Assembly: GCA_030390025.1 (NCBI GenBank) | Contig: JASTWF010000327.1 | Span: 372,001 to 436,000 of the forward strand | Source of the DNA: Squalus acanthias | Taxonomy: Eukaryota | Direction: 5' to 3' | Length of the DNA: 64,000 nt | In this document: positions 1 through 11,829 of the stretch, piece by piece | Position numbering within the stretch: position 1 is the stretch's first letter | How the letters are laid out: each line of letters opens with the position of its first letter | Translations under genes and position numbers: made by a program | The notes under the pieces: model-generated | Seen by the model: only the letters and a program-made list of their open reading frames with translations | Told to the model about the DNA's origin: nothing | Database searches by the model: none

Positions 1-3000
1 ATACGCACGCACGCATTCAGACATACATAATGGAACTTACGCTCGATCGAACGAACAAACGCTTGAATGAACGAACGAACAATTGAATGAATGATCGAAT
101 GATCGAACGAACAATGCCAGTAGGACTGGCGTAAAACAGGTTTTCTTGGTTTATTGGAATGGATGTTATCTGTGGCATTTGGTTGGATTGTGATGGTGCT
201 GTGTGTTTGTACACTGGTGTTGAAATGGTTTGTTTTATGTGGATAATATTGGTAAATTATTGAACGGACGGTCGCTCGAGTGAACGAATGGACGAACGAT
301 TCGAACGAACGCATTCATGCATATTGGAACTTACACTCGATCGAACAAATGATCACTTGTGCAGTGATAGGACGAACGATTCGAGCGAACGCACGCAGGT
401 GCGCACTTAGACTATGCTACGCATGCACGCATTCAGACATACATAATGGAACTTACACTCGATCGAACAAACGACCTCTTGGGAGGTAGTGGTCGAACGA
501 ACGATTCGAGCAAACGCAAGCATGCACATTGGAACTTACACTCGATCGAACGAATGATCGCGTGGGGAACGATCAGACGAACGATTCGAGCGAACGCACG
601 CAGGCGCGCACTTAGACAACTGATATGCACGCACGCATTCAGACATACATAATGGAACTTACGCTCGATCGAACGAACAAACGCTTGAATGAACGAACGA
701 ACAATTGAATGAATGATCGAATGATCGAACGAACAATGCCAGTAGGACTGGCGTAAAACAGGTTTTCTTGGTTTATTGGAATAAATGTTATCTGTAGCAT
801 TTAATTGGATTATGATGGTGCTTTGTGTTTGTACACTGTGGTGTTGAAATGGTTTGTTTTATGTGGAGTTAACTTTGAGATTTATTATTTTAAATCTAAA
901 AAGTTGTGTGGAATTGCTTAAGATAATTTGTACTGTAAACATTATTGATTATTTGTAAAAGTAATCATTGCATTTATGTTAATTATAAGGCTGTTTTTAA
1001 GGCTTTATTTTTTACTGTGATGGATTTACTGTGTAATGGATTTACTGTGTAATGGATTTACTGTGTAGTGGATTTACTATGTAGTTGATGAGTTGTACAG
1101 GTATTATTGTTTTTGAATAAAAATATTTAAAAGACGGAAAATAAAAGGAGAGTAAAAGACAGAGCAAAGTAATATCAGTAAGGAATGATGAGTATTCTTT
1201 GATGGTTGGGTTCTGTGAGCAATAACAGCAAGCAGAAGAAGATTTGAGTGTTCGGTCTTTTTACGGGATTTCAGGAAGTGGATGGCTTCTTTTTCCGTGG
1301 AAGGGCTGAAGACTGTGGACAAGGACTATGACTTTACATGGTTCGACAACATCAAATGATATTCATTAATGGATTGCCAATAGGACTGGTGTAGAACTGG
1401 TATTTAATTGTTTTGTTGCGAAGGTTTCAGGTTTTCTGTTTGAAAGCAGTTTACTTGAAGCTTAATTGATTTTCTGATAAGGACTGTGGGAATTTGCACA
1501 TGGTGATGTATTGGTGGTTCTGTAGGAACTTATTTTGAGGTTATTGTTTAGTGTTGGTGTGGCTGAAAAGATAAAGTAAATTAATATTGGTAAATTATTG
1601 AACGAACGGACGCTCGAGCGAACGAACGGACGAACGATTCGAACGAACGCATTCATGCATATTGGAACTTACACTCGATCGAACGAATGATCACTTGTGC
1701 AGTGATAGGACGAACGATTCGAGCGAACGCACGCAGGCACGCACTTAGACTATGCTACGCACGCACGCATTCAGACATACATAATGGAACTTACACTCGA
1801 TCGAACGAACGACCTCATGAGGTAGTGGTCGAACGAACGATTCGAGCGAATGCAAGCATGCACTTTGGAACTTACACTCGATCGAACGAATGATCGCGTG
1901 GGGAACGATCAGACGAACGATTCGAGCGAACGCACGCAGGCGCGCACTTAGATAACTGATACGCACGCACGCATTCATACATAATGGAACTTACGCTCGA
2001 TCGAACGAACGAACGAATGCTTGAATGAACGAACGAACAATTGAATGAATGATCGAATGATCGAACGAACAATGCCAGTAGGACTGGCGTAAAACAGATT
2101 TTCTTGGTTAATTGGAATGGATGTTATTTGTGGCATTTGGTTGGATTGTGATGGTGCTGTGTGTTTGTACACTGGTGTTGAAATGGTTTGTTTTATGTGG
2201 ATAATATTGGTAAATTATTGAACGAACAGACGCTCGAGTGAACGAACGGACGAACGATTCGAACGAACGCATTCAGACATAATGAAACTTACGCTCGATC
2301 GAACGAACGAACGAACGCTTGAATGAACGAACGAACAATTGAATGAATGATCGAATGATCGAACGAATAATGCCAGTAGGACTGGCGTAAAACGGGTTTT
2401 TTCTTGGTTTATTGGAATAAATGTTATTTGTAGCATTTAATTGGATTATGATGGTGCTATGTGTTTGTACACTGGTGTTGAAATGGGTTTTATTTTAGGT
2501 GGAGTTAACTTTGAGATTTATTATTTTAAATCTAAAAAGTTGTGTGTATTTAAGGGTATTTGTACTGTAAACATTATTGATTATTTGTAAAAGTAATCAT
2601 TGCATTTATATTAACTAAGGCTGTTTTTAAGGCTTTATTTTTTTTACTGTGATGGATGAAGGTAATGGATTTACTATGTAATGGATTTAATATGTAATTG
2701 ATTTACTATGTAATTGATGAGTTGTACAGGTATTATTGTTTTTGAATAAAAGAGTTGGTTGGGTTCTGTGAGCAATAACAGCAAGCAGAAGAAGATTTGA
2801 GTGTTCGGTCTTTTTACGGGATTTCAGGAAGTGGATGGCTTCTTTTTCCGTGGAAGGGCTGAAGACTGTGGACAAGGACTATGACTTTACATGGTTCGAC
2901 AACATCAAATGATATTCGTTAATGGATTGCCAATAGGACTGGTGTAGAACTGGTATTTAATTGTTTTGTTGCGAAGGTTTCAGGTTTTCTGTTTGAAAGC

Positions 3001-3765
3001 AGTTTACTTGAAGCTTAATTGATTTTCTGATAAGGACTGTGGGAATTTGCACATGGTGATGTATTGGTGGTTCTGTAGGAACTTATTTTGAGGTTATTGT
3101 CTAGTGTTGGTGTGGTTGAAAAGATAAAGTAAATTAATATTGGTAATTTATTGAACGAACGGACGCTCGAGTAAACGAACGGACGATTCAAATGAACGCA
3201 TTCATGCATATTGGAACTTACACTCGATCGAACGAATGATCACTTGTGCAGTGATAGAACGAACGATTCGAGCGAACGCACGCATACATATTGGAACTTA
3301 CGCTCGATCGAATGAACGAACAATTGAATGAATGATCGAACGAACAATTGAATGAATGATTGAATGATCGAACGAACAATGCCAGTAGGACTGGCGTAAA
3401 ATGGTTTTTTTCTTGGTTTATTGGAATAAATGTTATCTGTAGCATTTAATTGGATTATGATGGTGCTATGTGTTTGTACACTGTGGTGTTGAAATGGTTT
3501 TTGTTTTATGTGGAGTTAACTTTGAGATTTATTATTTTAAATCTAAAAAGTTGTGTGGTATTGTTTAAGGGTATTTGTACTGTAAACATTATTGATTATT
3601 TGTAAAATTAATCATTGCATTTATATTAACTATAAGGCTGTTTTTAAGGCTTTATTTTTTACTGTGATGGATGAATGTAATGGATTTACTATGTAATGGA
3701 TTTACTATGTAATGGATTTACTATGTAATTGATGAGTTGTATAAGTATTATTGTATTTGAATAAA
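1..3765. repeat. Complex nested tandem repeat/satellite, running off the window start
   Basis: Sub-unit ggaacttac(a/g)ctcgatcgaa recurs about 12 times. Hairpin gccagtaggactggc occurs at ~116, 738, 2074, 2372 and 3381. An AT-rich block recurs at ~841, ~2490 and ~3500. Confidence 0.85.
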
Positions 3766-3769
3766 TATA

Positions 3770-4360
3770 TTACCCAGACTACAGGAGCCCAGTGCGCAGG
3801 CGCGGTAGCGGCTGGTATATTGAGCATGCGCAGTGCGGTACTGGAGACGGACACGCTGGAGAGGAACAGCAGCTGGAAGCGTGATTCCGCAGTGAGTAAG
3901 AATCCGGGGGCACAGGGGAGTAATGGACCGGCAGGTAGGTGGGGAGGCTTCATAAACAACTGGGGTAGGCCGCAAGCCCCGAATAATAACCTGAAGGTCC
4001 CGTGTTTGCAGCTGCGGGGATTTCTTCCGCTAACAGGCCCAGGTTAACGGCAGTCATCTTTGTAAAGGAGGGCGGAAAGTTTCAGTGCGACGCCATTTTG
4101 ATTCAGTGTGTAACAGAGTGCATGCGCGGCCATCTTAGTATAGGAACTTAGAGTGGGCGGGGCTTCAGTGTCTGCTTCCAACCGGGTCCCAGTGCCCGGG
4201 AGAGACAATCATTGAACATCAGAACACAGTAGGAGCAGGAGTCGGCCAGACGGGGCTTCAGGGTCCCAGTGCCCGGGAGAGAAAATCAAAGTCTCAGTTA
4301 TTTTATTCTCACTCTCCACGCGGGATTCCTCACCATCTCTTCTGAAGGCGCTGGTAAGTG
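3770..4360 (+). promoter_or_regulatory. CpG-island promoter/exon-1 module, paralogous to 45850-46290; no adjacent coding exon
   Basis: NRF1-like gcatgcgc/tgcgcaggcgc, YY1-like gccattttg/gccatctt, GC box gggcgggg and ZNF143-like actacaggagcccag. Candidate donor ctg|gtaagt at ~4354. Long matches to 45895-46270. Confidence 0.6.
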
Positions 4361-4405
4361 CCAAGCTTTGAGTTTACATACCATAGAATTGTAAGAGAAG
4401 AGCCC

Positions 4406-4831
4406 CAGAAGGTTGTGGGTTCAAATCCCACTCCTGAGACTTGAGCGCAAAAATCTAGGCTGACGCTCCAAGGGAGTGCTGCACTGTCAGAGGTGCCGTT
4501 TTTCGGATGAGACGTTAAACTGAGGTCCCGTCTGCCCTCTCCAGGTGGAGGTAAAAGATCCTATGGCACTATTTCGAAGAAGAGCAGGGGAGTTATCCCC
4601 GGTGTTCTGGGCAATATTTATCCCTCAACCAACATCACTAAAACAAAAACAGATTATCTGGTCATTATCACATTGCTGTTTGCGGGAGCTTGCTGTGCAC
4701 AAACTGGCTGCCGCCTGTCCGACATTACAACAGTGACCACACTTCCAAAAAGTACTTCATTGGCTGTAAAGTGCTTTGGGATGTCCAAGGCCATGAAAGG
4801 CGCTATAGAAATGCAAGTCTTTCGTTCTTTC
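4406..4831 (+). mobile_element. tRNA-derived SINE (SacSINE1/DeuSINE-like)
   Basis: B-box-like gggttcaaatccc, Deu-like core (cagattatctggtcattatcacattgctgtttg) and tail gcgctatagaaatgcaagtc. Further copies elsewhere in the window. Confidence 0.8.
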
Positions 4832-4845
4832 AGAGCTGTGCCCTC

Positions 4846-4930
4846 ATGCACAGTCCCAGGGTTGAAATCCTCGTGTACAGTGCCTGGGTTAGAATCCCCA
4901 TGTACAGTGCCTGGGTTGAAATCCCCATGT
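4846..4930. repeat. About 3 degenerate copies of the 27-bp unit amplified at 50124-50808
   Basis: gggttagaatccccatgtacagt variants. Confidence 0.8.
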
Positions 4931-5312
4931 TTTGTCCCTTTGATTCCCCTAGAGTCCAAAAATCTATCTGTCTCAGCCTTAAATATACTCAAGCATCCAC
5001 AGCCCTCTGGGGCAGAAAATTCCAAAGATTCACAACCCTCTGAGTGAAGAAATTCCTCCTCATCTCTGTCTTAAATGGCCTACCCCTTATCCTAAGACTG
5101 CCCCCTAGTTCTAGACACTCCAGCCAGGGGAAACAACCTCTCAGCATCTACCATGTTAATCCCCTTCAGAATCTTGTATGTTTCAATGAGATCACCTCTC
5201 ATTCTTCTAAACGCCAGAGAGCATAGGCCCATTCTACACAATCTCTCATCATAGGACAGCCCTCTCATCCCAGGAATCAATCTAGTGAACCTGTGGTCAG
5301 GGACAGGAAGGT

Positions 5313-6011
5313 GTGACTACGAGTGAGGCAGGTACAGGGATCCAGGAGGTAGTGTTGGAGGAGCCGCAGCCCTTGCTCTTGTCCAACAGGTTCGAGGCTC
5401 TTACTCCCTGTGTGGATAGGAGCGGGGACTGCAGGGAGGATGAGCAACCTGGCCACAGCACCGTGGTAAGGGGGGCCATTCAAGTGGGGGGAGTAAAAAG
5501 AAATGTTGTAGTGGTAGGGGATAGTATCATTAGGGGGATAGATAGGGTTCTTTGCAGCCAAGAGCGAGAGTCCCGAAGGCTGTGTTGCCTGCCCGGTGCC
5601 AGGGTTAAGGACATCTCCTCTGGGCTGGAGAGAAACTTGGAGTGGGAGGGGGAGGATCCAGTTGTCGTGGTCCATGTTGGTACCAATGACATAGATAGGA
5701 CAAGGAAAGAGGTTCTGCTGAGGGAGTTTGAGCAGCTAGGGGCCAAATTAAAAAGCAGAACCTCGAGGGTAATAATCTCTGGATTACTACCTGAGCCACG
5801 AGCAAATTTGGCTAGGGTAAATAAAATCAGGGAGTTGAATGCGTGGCTCAAAGACTGGTGTGGGAAAAATGGGTTTTGCTTCTTGGGACACTGGCACCAG
5901 TACTGGGGCGGGAGAGAGCTGTTCCGTTGGGACGGACTTCACTTGGCCAGTGCTGGGACTAGTGTCCTGGCGAATCGAATAACTAGGGCTGTGGAGAGGG
6001 CTTTAAACTAA
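5313..6011 (+). CDS. CR1 ORF1 C-terminal SGNH/GDSL esterase domain (5'-truncated)
   Basis: Motifs VVVGDSIIRG, HVGTND and DGLHL. Confidence 0.85.
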   Translation: MTTSEAGTGIQEVVLEEPQPLLLSNRFEALTPCVDRSGDCREDEQPGHSTVVRGAIQVGGVKRNVVVVGDSIIRGIDRVLCSQERESRRLCCLPGARVKDISSGLERNLEWEGEDPVVVVHVGTNDIDRTRKEVLLREFEQLGAKLKSRTSRVIISGLLPEPRANLARVNKIRELNAWLKDWCGKNGFCFLGHWHQYWGGRELFRWDGLHLASAGTSVLANRITRAVERALN

Positions 6012-6049
6012 TTAGTGGGGGGGAGGTTTCAAGAGAGCAAAAAATAAAA

Positions 6050-8999
6050 ATGACAACAGAGAGGGTCATAGACATAGGTAGCAGTAGGGGAATCACAAAT
6101 CAGAGCGTGGCAGGAAGGGACAGAGTGTGTGGAGTAAAAGGTAAACTGGTAAAAAGTGAAAAAGCAGGAACTAAGTGCCACAAAGCATATTTGAAAGTTC
6201 TCTATCTGAATGCACGTAGCATTCGTAACAAAATAGACGAGTTAATGGCACAAATAACTACATATGGTTATGATATTGTGGCCATTACAGAAACATGGCT
6301 GCAGGGCGACAATGCCTGGGAATTAAACATACCAGGTTATTTAACGATCAGGAAGGACAGGCAGGAAGGAAGGGGAGGTGGGGTGGCTATGTTAATAAAG
6401 GAAGGAATCACTGTAATACAGAGTAATGATATTGGGTCAAAAAATCATGATAATGAAACAGTTTGGGTGGAGATAAGGAATAATAAGGGGAAAAAAACAT
6501 TAGTGGGCGTAGTCTATAGGCCTCCGAACAGTTGCAACTCTATTGGATGGAGTATCAATCAGGAAATAGTTGAGGCATGTAATAAGGGAACATCTATAAT
6601 TATGGGGGATTTTAACTATCATATTAATTAGACAAATCAAATGGGGCAGGGCTGCCTTGAGGATGAGTTCATTGAGTGTATTAGGGATGGGTTTCTTGAG
6701 CAGTATGTAACTGAACCGACCAGGGGGCAAGCAACCTTAGATCTGGTCCTGTGTAACGAGACAGGATTAATTAAAAATGTCCTAGTAAAGGATCCCCTTG
6801 GAATGAGTGACCATAACATGGTTGAATTCCATATTCAATTAGAGGGTGAGAAGGTTGGATCTCAAACAAGCGTGCTAAGCTTGAATAAAGGAGACTATGA
6901 AGGTATGCGAGCGGAATTGAGTAGAGTGGATTGGGAAAATAGATTAAAGGGTAAGACGACACATGATCAGTGGTGTACATTCAAGGAGTTATTTTACAAC
7001 TTCCAAAAAAAATATATTCCACTGAAAAGAAAAGGGTGTAAAAGAAAGGACAGTCATCCGTGGCTAAGTAAAGAAATTAAGGATAGTATTCGACTAAAAA
7101 CAAGGGCATATAAGGTAGCGAAATCTAGTGGGAGGACAGAGGATTGGGAAAACTTTAAAAGGCAGCAAAAAATAACAAAAAGATTGATTAAGAAAGGGAA
7201 GATAGATTATGAAAGTAAATTAGCAAAAAATATAAAAACAGATAGTAAGAGTTTTTATAGTTATATAAAAAAAAAGGGTGGCTAAAGTAAATGTTGGTCC
7301 CTTAGAGGATGAGACTGGGAAATTAATGGTGGGAAATATGGAGATGGCAAAAACACTGAATGAATATTTTGTATCAGTCTTTACAGTAGAGGACACTAAG
7401 AATATCCCAACACTGGACAAACAGGGGGCTATAGGGGGAGAGGAGCTAAACACGATCAAAATCACTAAGGAAGTGGTACTCGGTAAAATAATGGGACTCA
7501 AGGCGGATAAATCACCTGGACCTGATGGCTTACATCCTAGAGTCTTGAAGGAAGTGGCGGTAGGGATTGTAGATGCATTGGTAATAATTTTTCAAAACTC
7601 CCTGGATTCCGCTAAGGTCCCGGCAGACTGGAAAACTGCTAATGTAACACCCTTATTTAAAAAGGGCAGTAGACAGAAGGCTGGTAACTATAGACCGGTT
7701 AGCCTAACATCTGTGGTAGGTAAAATTTTGGAGTCCATTATTAAGGAAACAGTAACAGGACATTTGGATAATCATAATTTAATAGGACAAAGTCAGCATG
7801 GTTTTACGAAGGGGAAGTCATGTTTGACAAATTTGCTGGAGTTCTTTGAGGAAGTAACATATAGAGTGGATAAAGGGGAACCAGTGGACGTAGTGTATTT
7901 AGACTTCCAAAAGGCATTTGACAAGGTGCCACACAAAAGATTATTGCTTAAGGTAAAAAATCACGGGATTGGGGGTAATATTCTGGCATGGATAGAGGAT
8001 TGGCTATCTAACAGAAAGCAAAGAGTTGGGATAAATGGTTCATTCTCAGACTGGCAATCAGTAACTAGTGGTGTTCCACAGGGGTCAGTGCTGGGTCCCC
8101 AACTCTTCACAATCTATATTAACGATTTGGAGGAAGGGACCAAGTGTAACATATCAAAATTTGCAGATGATACAAAGATGGGAGGGAAAGTAGTGAGTGA
8201 GGAGGACATAAAAAACCTGCAAGGGGACATAGACAGGCTAAGTAAGTGGGCAGAGATTTGGCAGATGGAATACAACACTGGAAAGTGTGAGGTGATGCAC
8301 TTTGGCAGGAAAAATCCTAGAGCAATTTATTATCTTAATGGCAAGAAACTGGAGAGTACTGAAGTGCAAAGGGATCTGGGGGTCCTGGTGCACGAAACTC
8401 AAAAGGTTAGTATGCAGGTGCAGCAAGTGATTAAGAAGGCAAATGGAATGTTGGCTTTCATTGCTAGGGGGATAGAATATAAAAATAGGGAGGTATTGCT
8501 TCAGTTGTACAAGGTATTGGTGAGACCGCACCTGGAATACTGCATACAGTTTTGGTGTCCTTACTTAAGGAAAGACATCCTTGCTCTCGAGGCAGTGCAA
8601 AAAAGGTTCACTCGGTTAATCCCGGGGATGAGGGGGTGGTCATATGAGGAGAGGTTGGGTAGATTGGGACTCTACTCATTGGAGTTCAGAAGAATGAGAG
8701 GCGATCTTATTGAAACATATAAGATTGTGAAGGGGTTGGATCGGGTGGATGCGGGGAGGATGTTCCCGATGACGGGTGAGACGAGAACTAGGGGACATAG
8801 TCTTAGAATAAGGGGCTGCTCTTTCAAAACTGAGATGAGGAGGAACTACTTCACTCAGAGGGTGGTAGGTCCATGGAATATGCTGCCACAAAAAGCTGTA
8901 GAAGCTACAACATTAATTAAATTTAAAACAGAAATAGACAGTTTCCTAGAAGTAAAGGGCATTAAGGGTTACGGGGAGCGGACAGGAATTTGGACATGA
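6050..8999 (+). pseudogene. CR1 ORF2 (APE endonuclease + reverse transcriptase) with one stop (6629) and one frameshift (~7270 poly-A)
   Basis: [56 protein letters not shown]. Confidence 0.9.
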
Positions 9000-9395
9000 G
9001 TCTAGGTTCGGATCGGTCATGGCCCTGTGGGTAGTGGAGTGGGCCCAGGGACTGTGTAGCCTGATTCTGCTCCTATTTCGTGTGTGCAATTCTGTTAGAT
9101 GCAGGAGATGGTTCTGTGATAGATAGTAGATTGGCGGTTAGGATCAGATCAGCCATGATCTTATTGAATGGCGGAGCAGGCTCGAGGGGCCGATTGGCCT
9201 ACTCCTGCTCCTATTTCTGATGTTCTTATGTAACCTTCGTTGCACTGCTTCCAAGGCAAGTATATCCTTCCTTAGATAAGGAGACCAAAACTGTGTACAG
9301 TACTCCAGGTGTGGTCTCACCAAGGCCATGTACAATTGTAGCAAGACTTCCTTACTCTTGTACTCCAACCCCGTTGCAATAAAGGTGAACATGCC

Positions 9396-9991
9396 TCTTA
9401 CTGCAATTATATAGGGACCTGGTGAGACCACACCTGGAGTATTGTGTACAGTTTTGGTCTCCTTACCTAAGGAAGGATATACTTGCCATAGAGGGAGTGC
9501 AACAAAGGTTCACCAGACTGATTCCTGGGATGGGGGGATTGTCCTATGAGGAGAGATTGAGTAGACTAAGCCTATATTCTCTAGAGTTTAGAAGAATGAG
9601 CGGTGATCTCATTGAAACATACAAAATTCTTACAGGGCTTGACAGGGTAGATGCAGGGAGGATGTTTTCCCTGGCTGGGGAGTCTAGAACCAGGGGTCAC
9701 AGTCTCAGGATAAGGGGTCGGCCAGTTAGGACTGAGATGAGGAGAAATGTCTTCACTCAGAGGGTGGTGAATCTTTGGAATTCTCGACCTCAGGGGGCTG
9801 TGGAGGCTCAGTCTTTGAGTGTATTCAAGACAGAGATCGATAGATTGTTGAATATTAAGGGAATCAAGGGATATGGAGATAGTTCAGGAAAGTGGAGTTG
9901 AGGTAGAAGATCAGCCATGATCTTATTGAATGGCTGAGCAGGCTTGAGGGGCCGAATGGCCCACTCCTGCTCCTATTTCTTATGTTCTTAT
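9396..9991 (+). mobile_element. 5'-truncated CR1 inserted into the minus-strand CR1
   Basis: ORF 9422-9901 is the ORF2 C-terminus. The ttcttatg tail joins the host through atgcc microhomology. Confidence 0.85.
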
Positions 9992-10842
9992 GCCATTTGC
10001 CTTCCTAATTGCTTGCTGTACCTGCATGCTAACATTGTGTTTCCTGTATGAGGACAATAAATCTCTCTGAACACCAACAGTTAATAGTTTCTCACCATTT
10101 AAAAACATATTCTGCTTTTCTATTCTTCCTACCAAAGTGAATTATACTCCATCTGAACCTTACTGCCCACTCACTTAGTCTATCTATATCGCTTTGCAGA
10201 CTCTTGGTGTTCTCCGCACTGCTTACTGTCCCACCTAGCTTTGTGTCGTCAGCAAACTTGGATACATTACACTCGGTCCCTTCATCTAGGTCATTAATAT
10301 AGATTGTAAATAGCTGAGGCCCCAACACTGATCCTTGCAGCACCCCACTAGTTACAGCCTGCCAACCTGAAAATGACCCGTTTATCCCTACTCTCTGTTT
10401 TCTGTCCGTTAACCAATCCTCTATCCATGCTAATATATTACCCCAACCTCATGAACGCTTATTTTGTGTAACAACATTTTAGGTGGCACCTTATCGAATG
10501 CCTTTTGGAAATCCAAATATACTACATCCACTGGTTCCCCTTTATCTACCCTGCTAGTTACAGCAAAAACTCAAATAAATCATCAAACACGATTTCCCTT
10601 TCATAAAACCATGTTGACTCTGCTTAATCATATCGTGATTTTCTAGGGAAATAGGAATGGGAATCGGCCATTCACCCCCTCTGGCCTGTTAGGAACATAG
10701 CAATAGGATGAGGCCCTTCAGTCCCTTGAGCCTGTTCCACCAGACAGTTCGATCATGGGCTGATCTGTATCTGAACTCCTTCTACTCGGCTTGGTTCCCG
10801 AACCCAACAACATCCCATCCAGTTTAAACAGAAATGTCTACC

Positions 10843-11590
10843 TGGGATGTGGGCGTCATGGCAAGGCCAGCATTTATTGCCCATCACTAATTGCCCTTGA
10901 GAAGGTGGTGGTGAGCCGCCTTCTTGAACCACTGCAGTCCGTGTGGTGAAGGTCCTCCCACAGAGCTGTTAGAGAGGGAGTTCCAGGATTTTGACCCAGC
11001 GACGATGAAGGATCGGCGATACATTTCCAAGTCAGGATGGTGTGTGACTTGGAGGGGAACTTGCAGGTGGTGGTGTTCCCATGCGCCTGCTGTCCTTGTC
11101 CTTCTAGGTGATAGAGGTCGCGGGTTTGGGAGGTGCTGCCGAAGAAGCCTTGGCGAGTTGCTGCAGTTCATCTTGTAGATGGTACACACTGCAGCCATGG
11201 TGGTGGAGGGAGTGAATGTTTAAGGTGGTGGATGGGGTGCCAATCAAGCGGGCTGCTTTGACCTGGATGGTGTCGAGCTTCTTGAGTGTTGTTGGAGCTG
11301 CACTCATCCAGGCAAGTGGAGAGTATTCCATCGCACTCCTGACTTGTGCCTTGTAAATGGTAGAAAGGCTTTGGGGAGTCAGGAGGTGAGACACTCGCTG
11401 CAGAATACCCAGCCTCTGACCTGCTCTTGTTGCCACTGTATTTATGTGGCTGGTCCAGTTAAGTTTCTGGTCAATGGTGACCCCCCAGGATGTTGATGGT
11501 GGGGGATTCGGCGATGGTAATGCCGTTGAATGTCAAGGGGAGGTGGTTAGACTCTCGCTTGTTGGAGATAGTCATTGCCTGGCACTTGTG
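10843..11590 (-). mobile_element. 3' fragment of a second non-LTR family (CR1/L2 group); smaller pieces at ~22730-23000, ~35325-35375, ~61570-61655
   Basis: Peptide AGQRLGILQRVSHLLTPQSLSTIYKAQVRSAMEYSPLAW, then SWNSL; distinct 3' UTR. Confidence 0.7.
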
Positions 11591-11594
11591 TCTG

Positions 11595-11825
11595 GCCTAT
11601 CTCCATCAGCAGGGGCGCAGCACGCAGGCGCGGTAAGGGCTGGTCCCCGGAGAACGCCTTCCTGCGCGGAGCATGCGTGGTGCGGCTCCAGGAAACTGAG
11701 CGGGGGCGAGCGCGGCCTCAGCAACACCGAGTGCGCGTCTCAGGCCCTGAATCAGAGCGGCCGGGCCCGGCGGACGTGCGGCCAGGGCCCCGGCACCAGG
11801 AAACCCAGGGTGCAGCGCCTCCCCC
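11595..11825 (+). promoter_or_regulatory. CpG-island promoter/exon-1 module of ZNF gene A
   Basis: Near-identical in reverse orientation to 23485-23712; gcatgcg and cgcaggcgcg motifs. Confidence 0.7.
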
Positions 11826-11829
11826 AGAC

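Larger units (their letters stand above)
5293..9231 (+). mobile_element. Near full-length CR1 LINE, 5'-truncated in ORF1; a second CR1 3' tail follows at ~9143-9231
   Basis: ORF1 esterase, ORF2 endonuclease-RT, 3' UTR and ttcttatg tail. Confidence 0.9.
4931..10645 (-). mobile_element. CR1 LINE ORF2 3' half, split by two nested + strand insertions (pieces ~4931-5292, ~9232-9395, ~9992-10645)
   Basis: Minus-strand RT/C-terminal peptides (QGSVLGPQLF..FADD, RPHLEYC, MRGDLIETYKIL). The pieces join colinearly across the insertions. Confidence 0.8.

Noticed and set aside
4406..4435. tRNA gene at SINE heads (also ~37235)
   Set aside because: B-box only, continuous with the SINE body; no cloverleaf.
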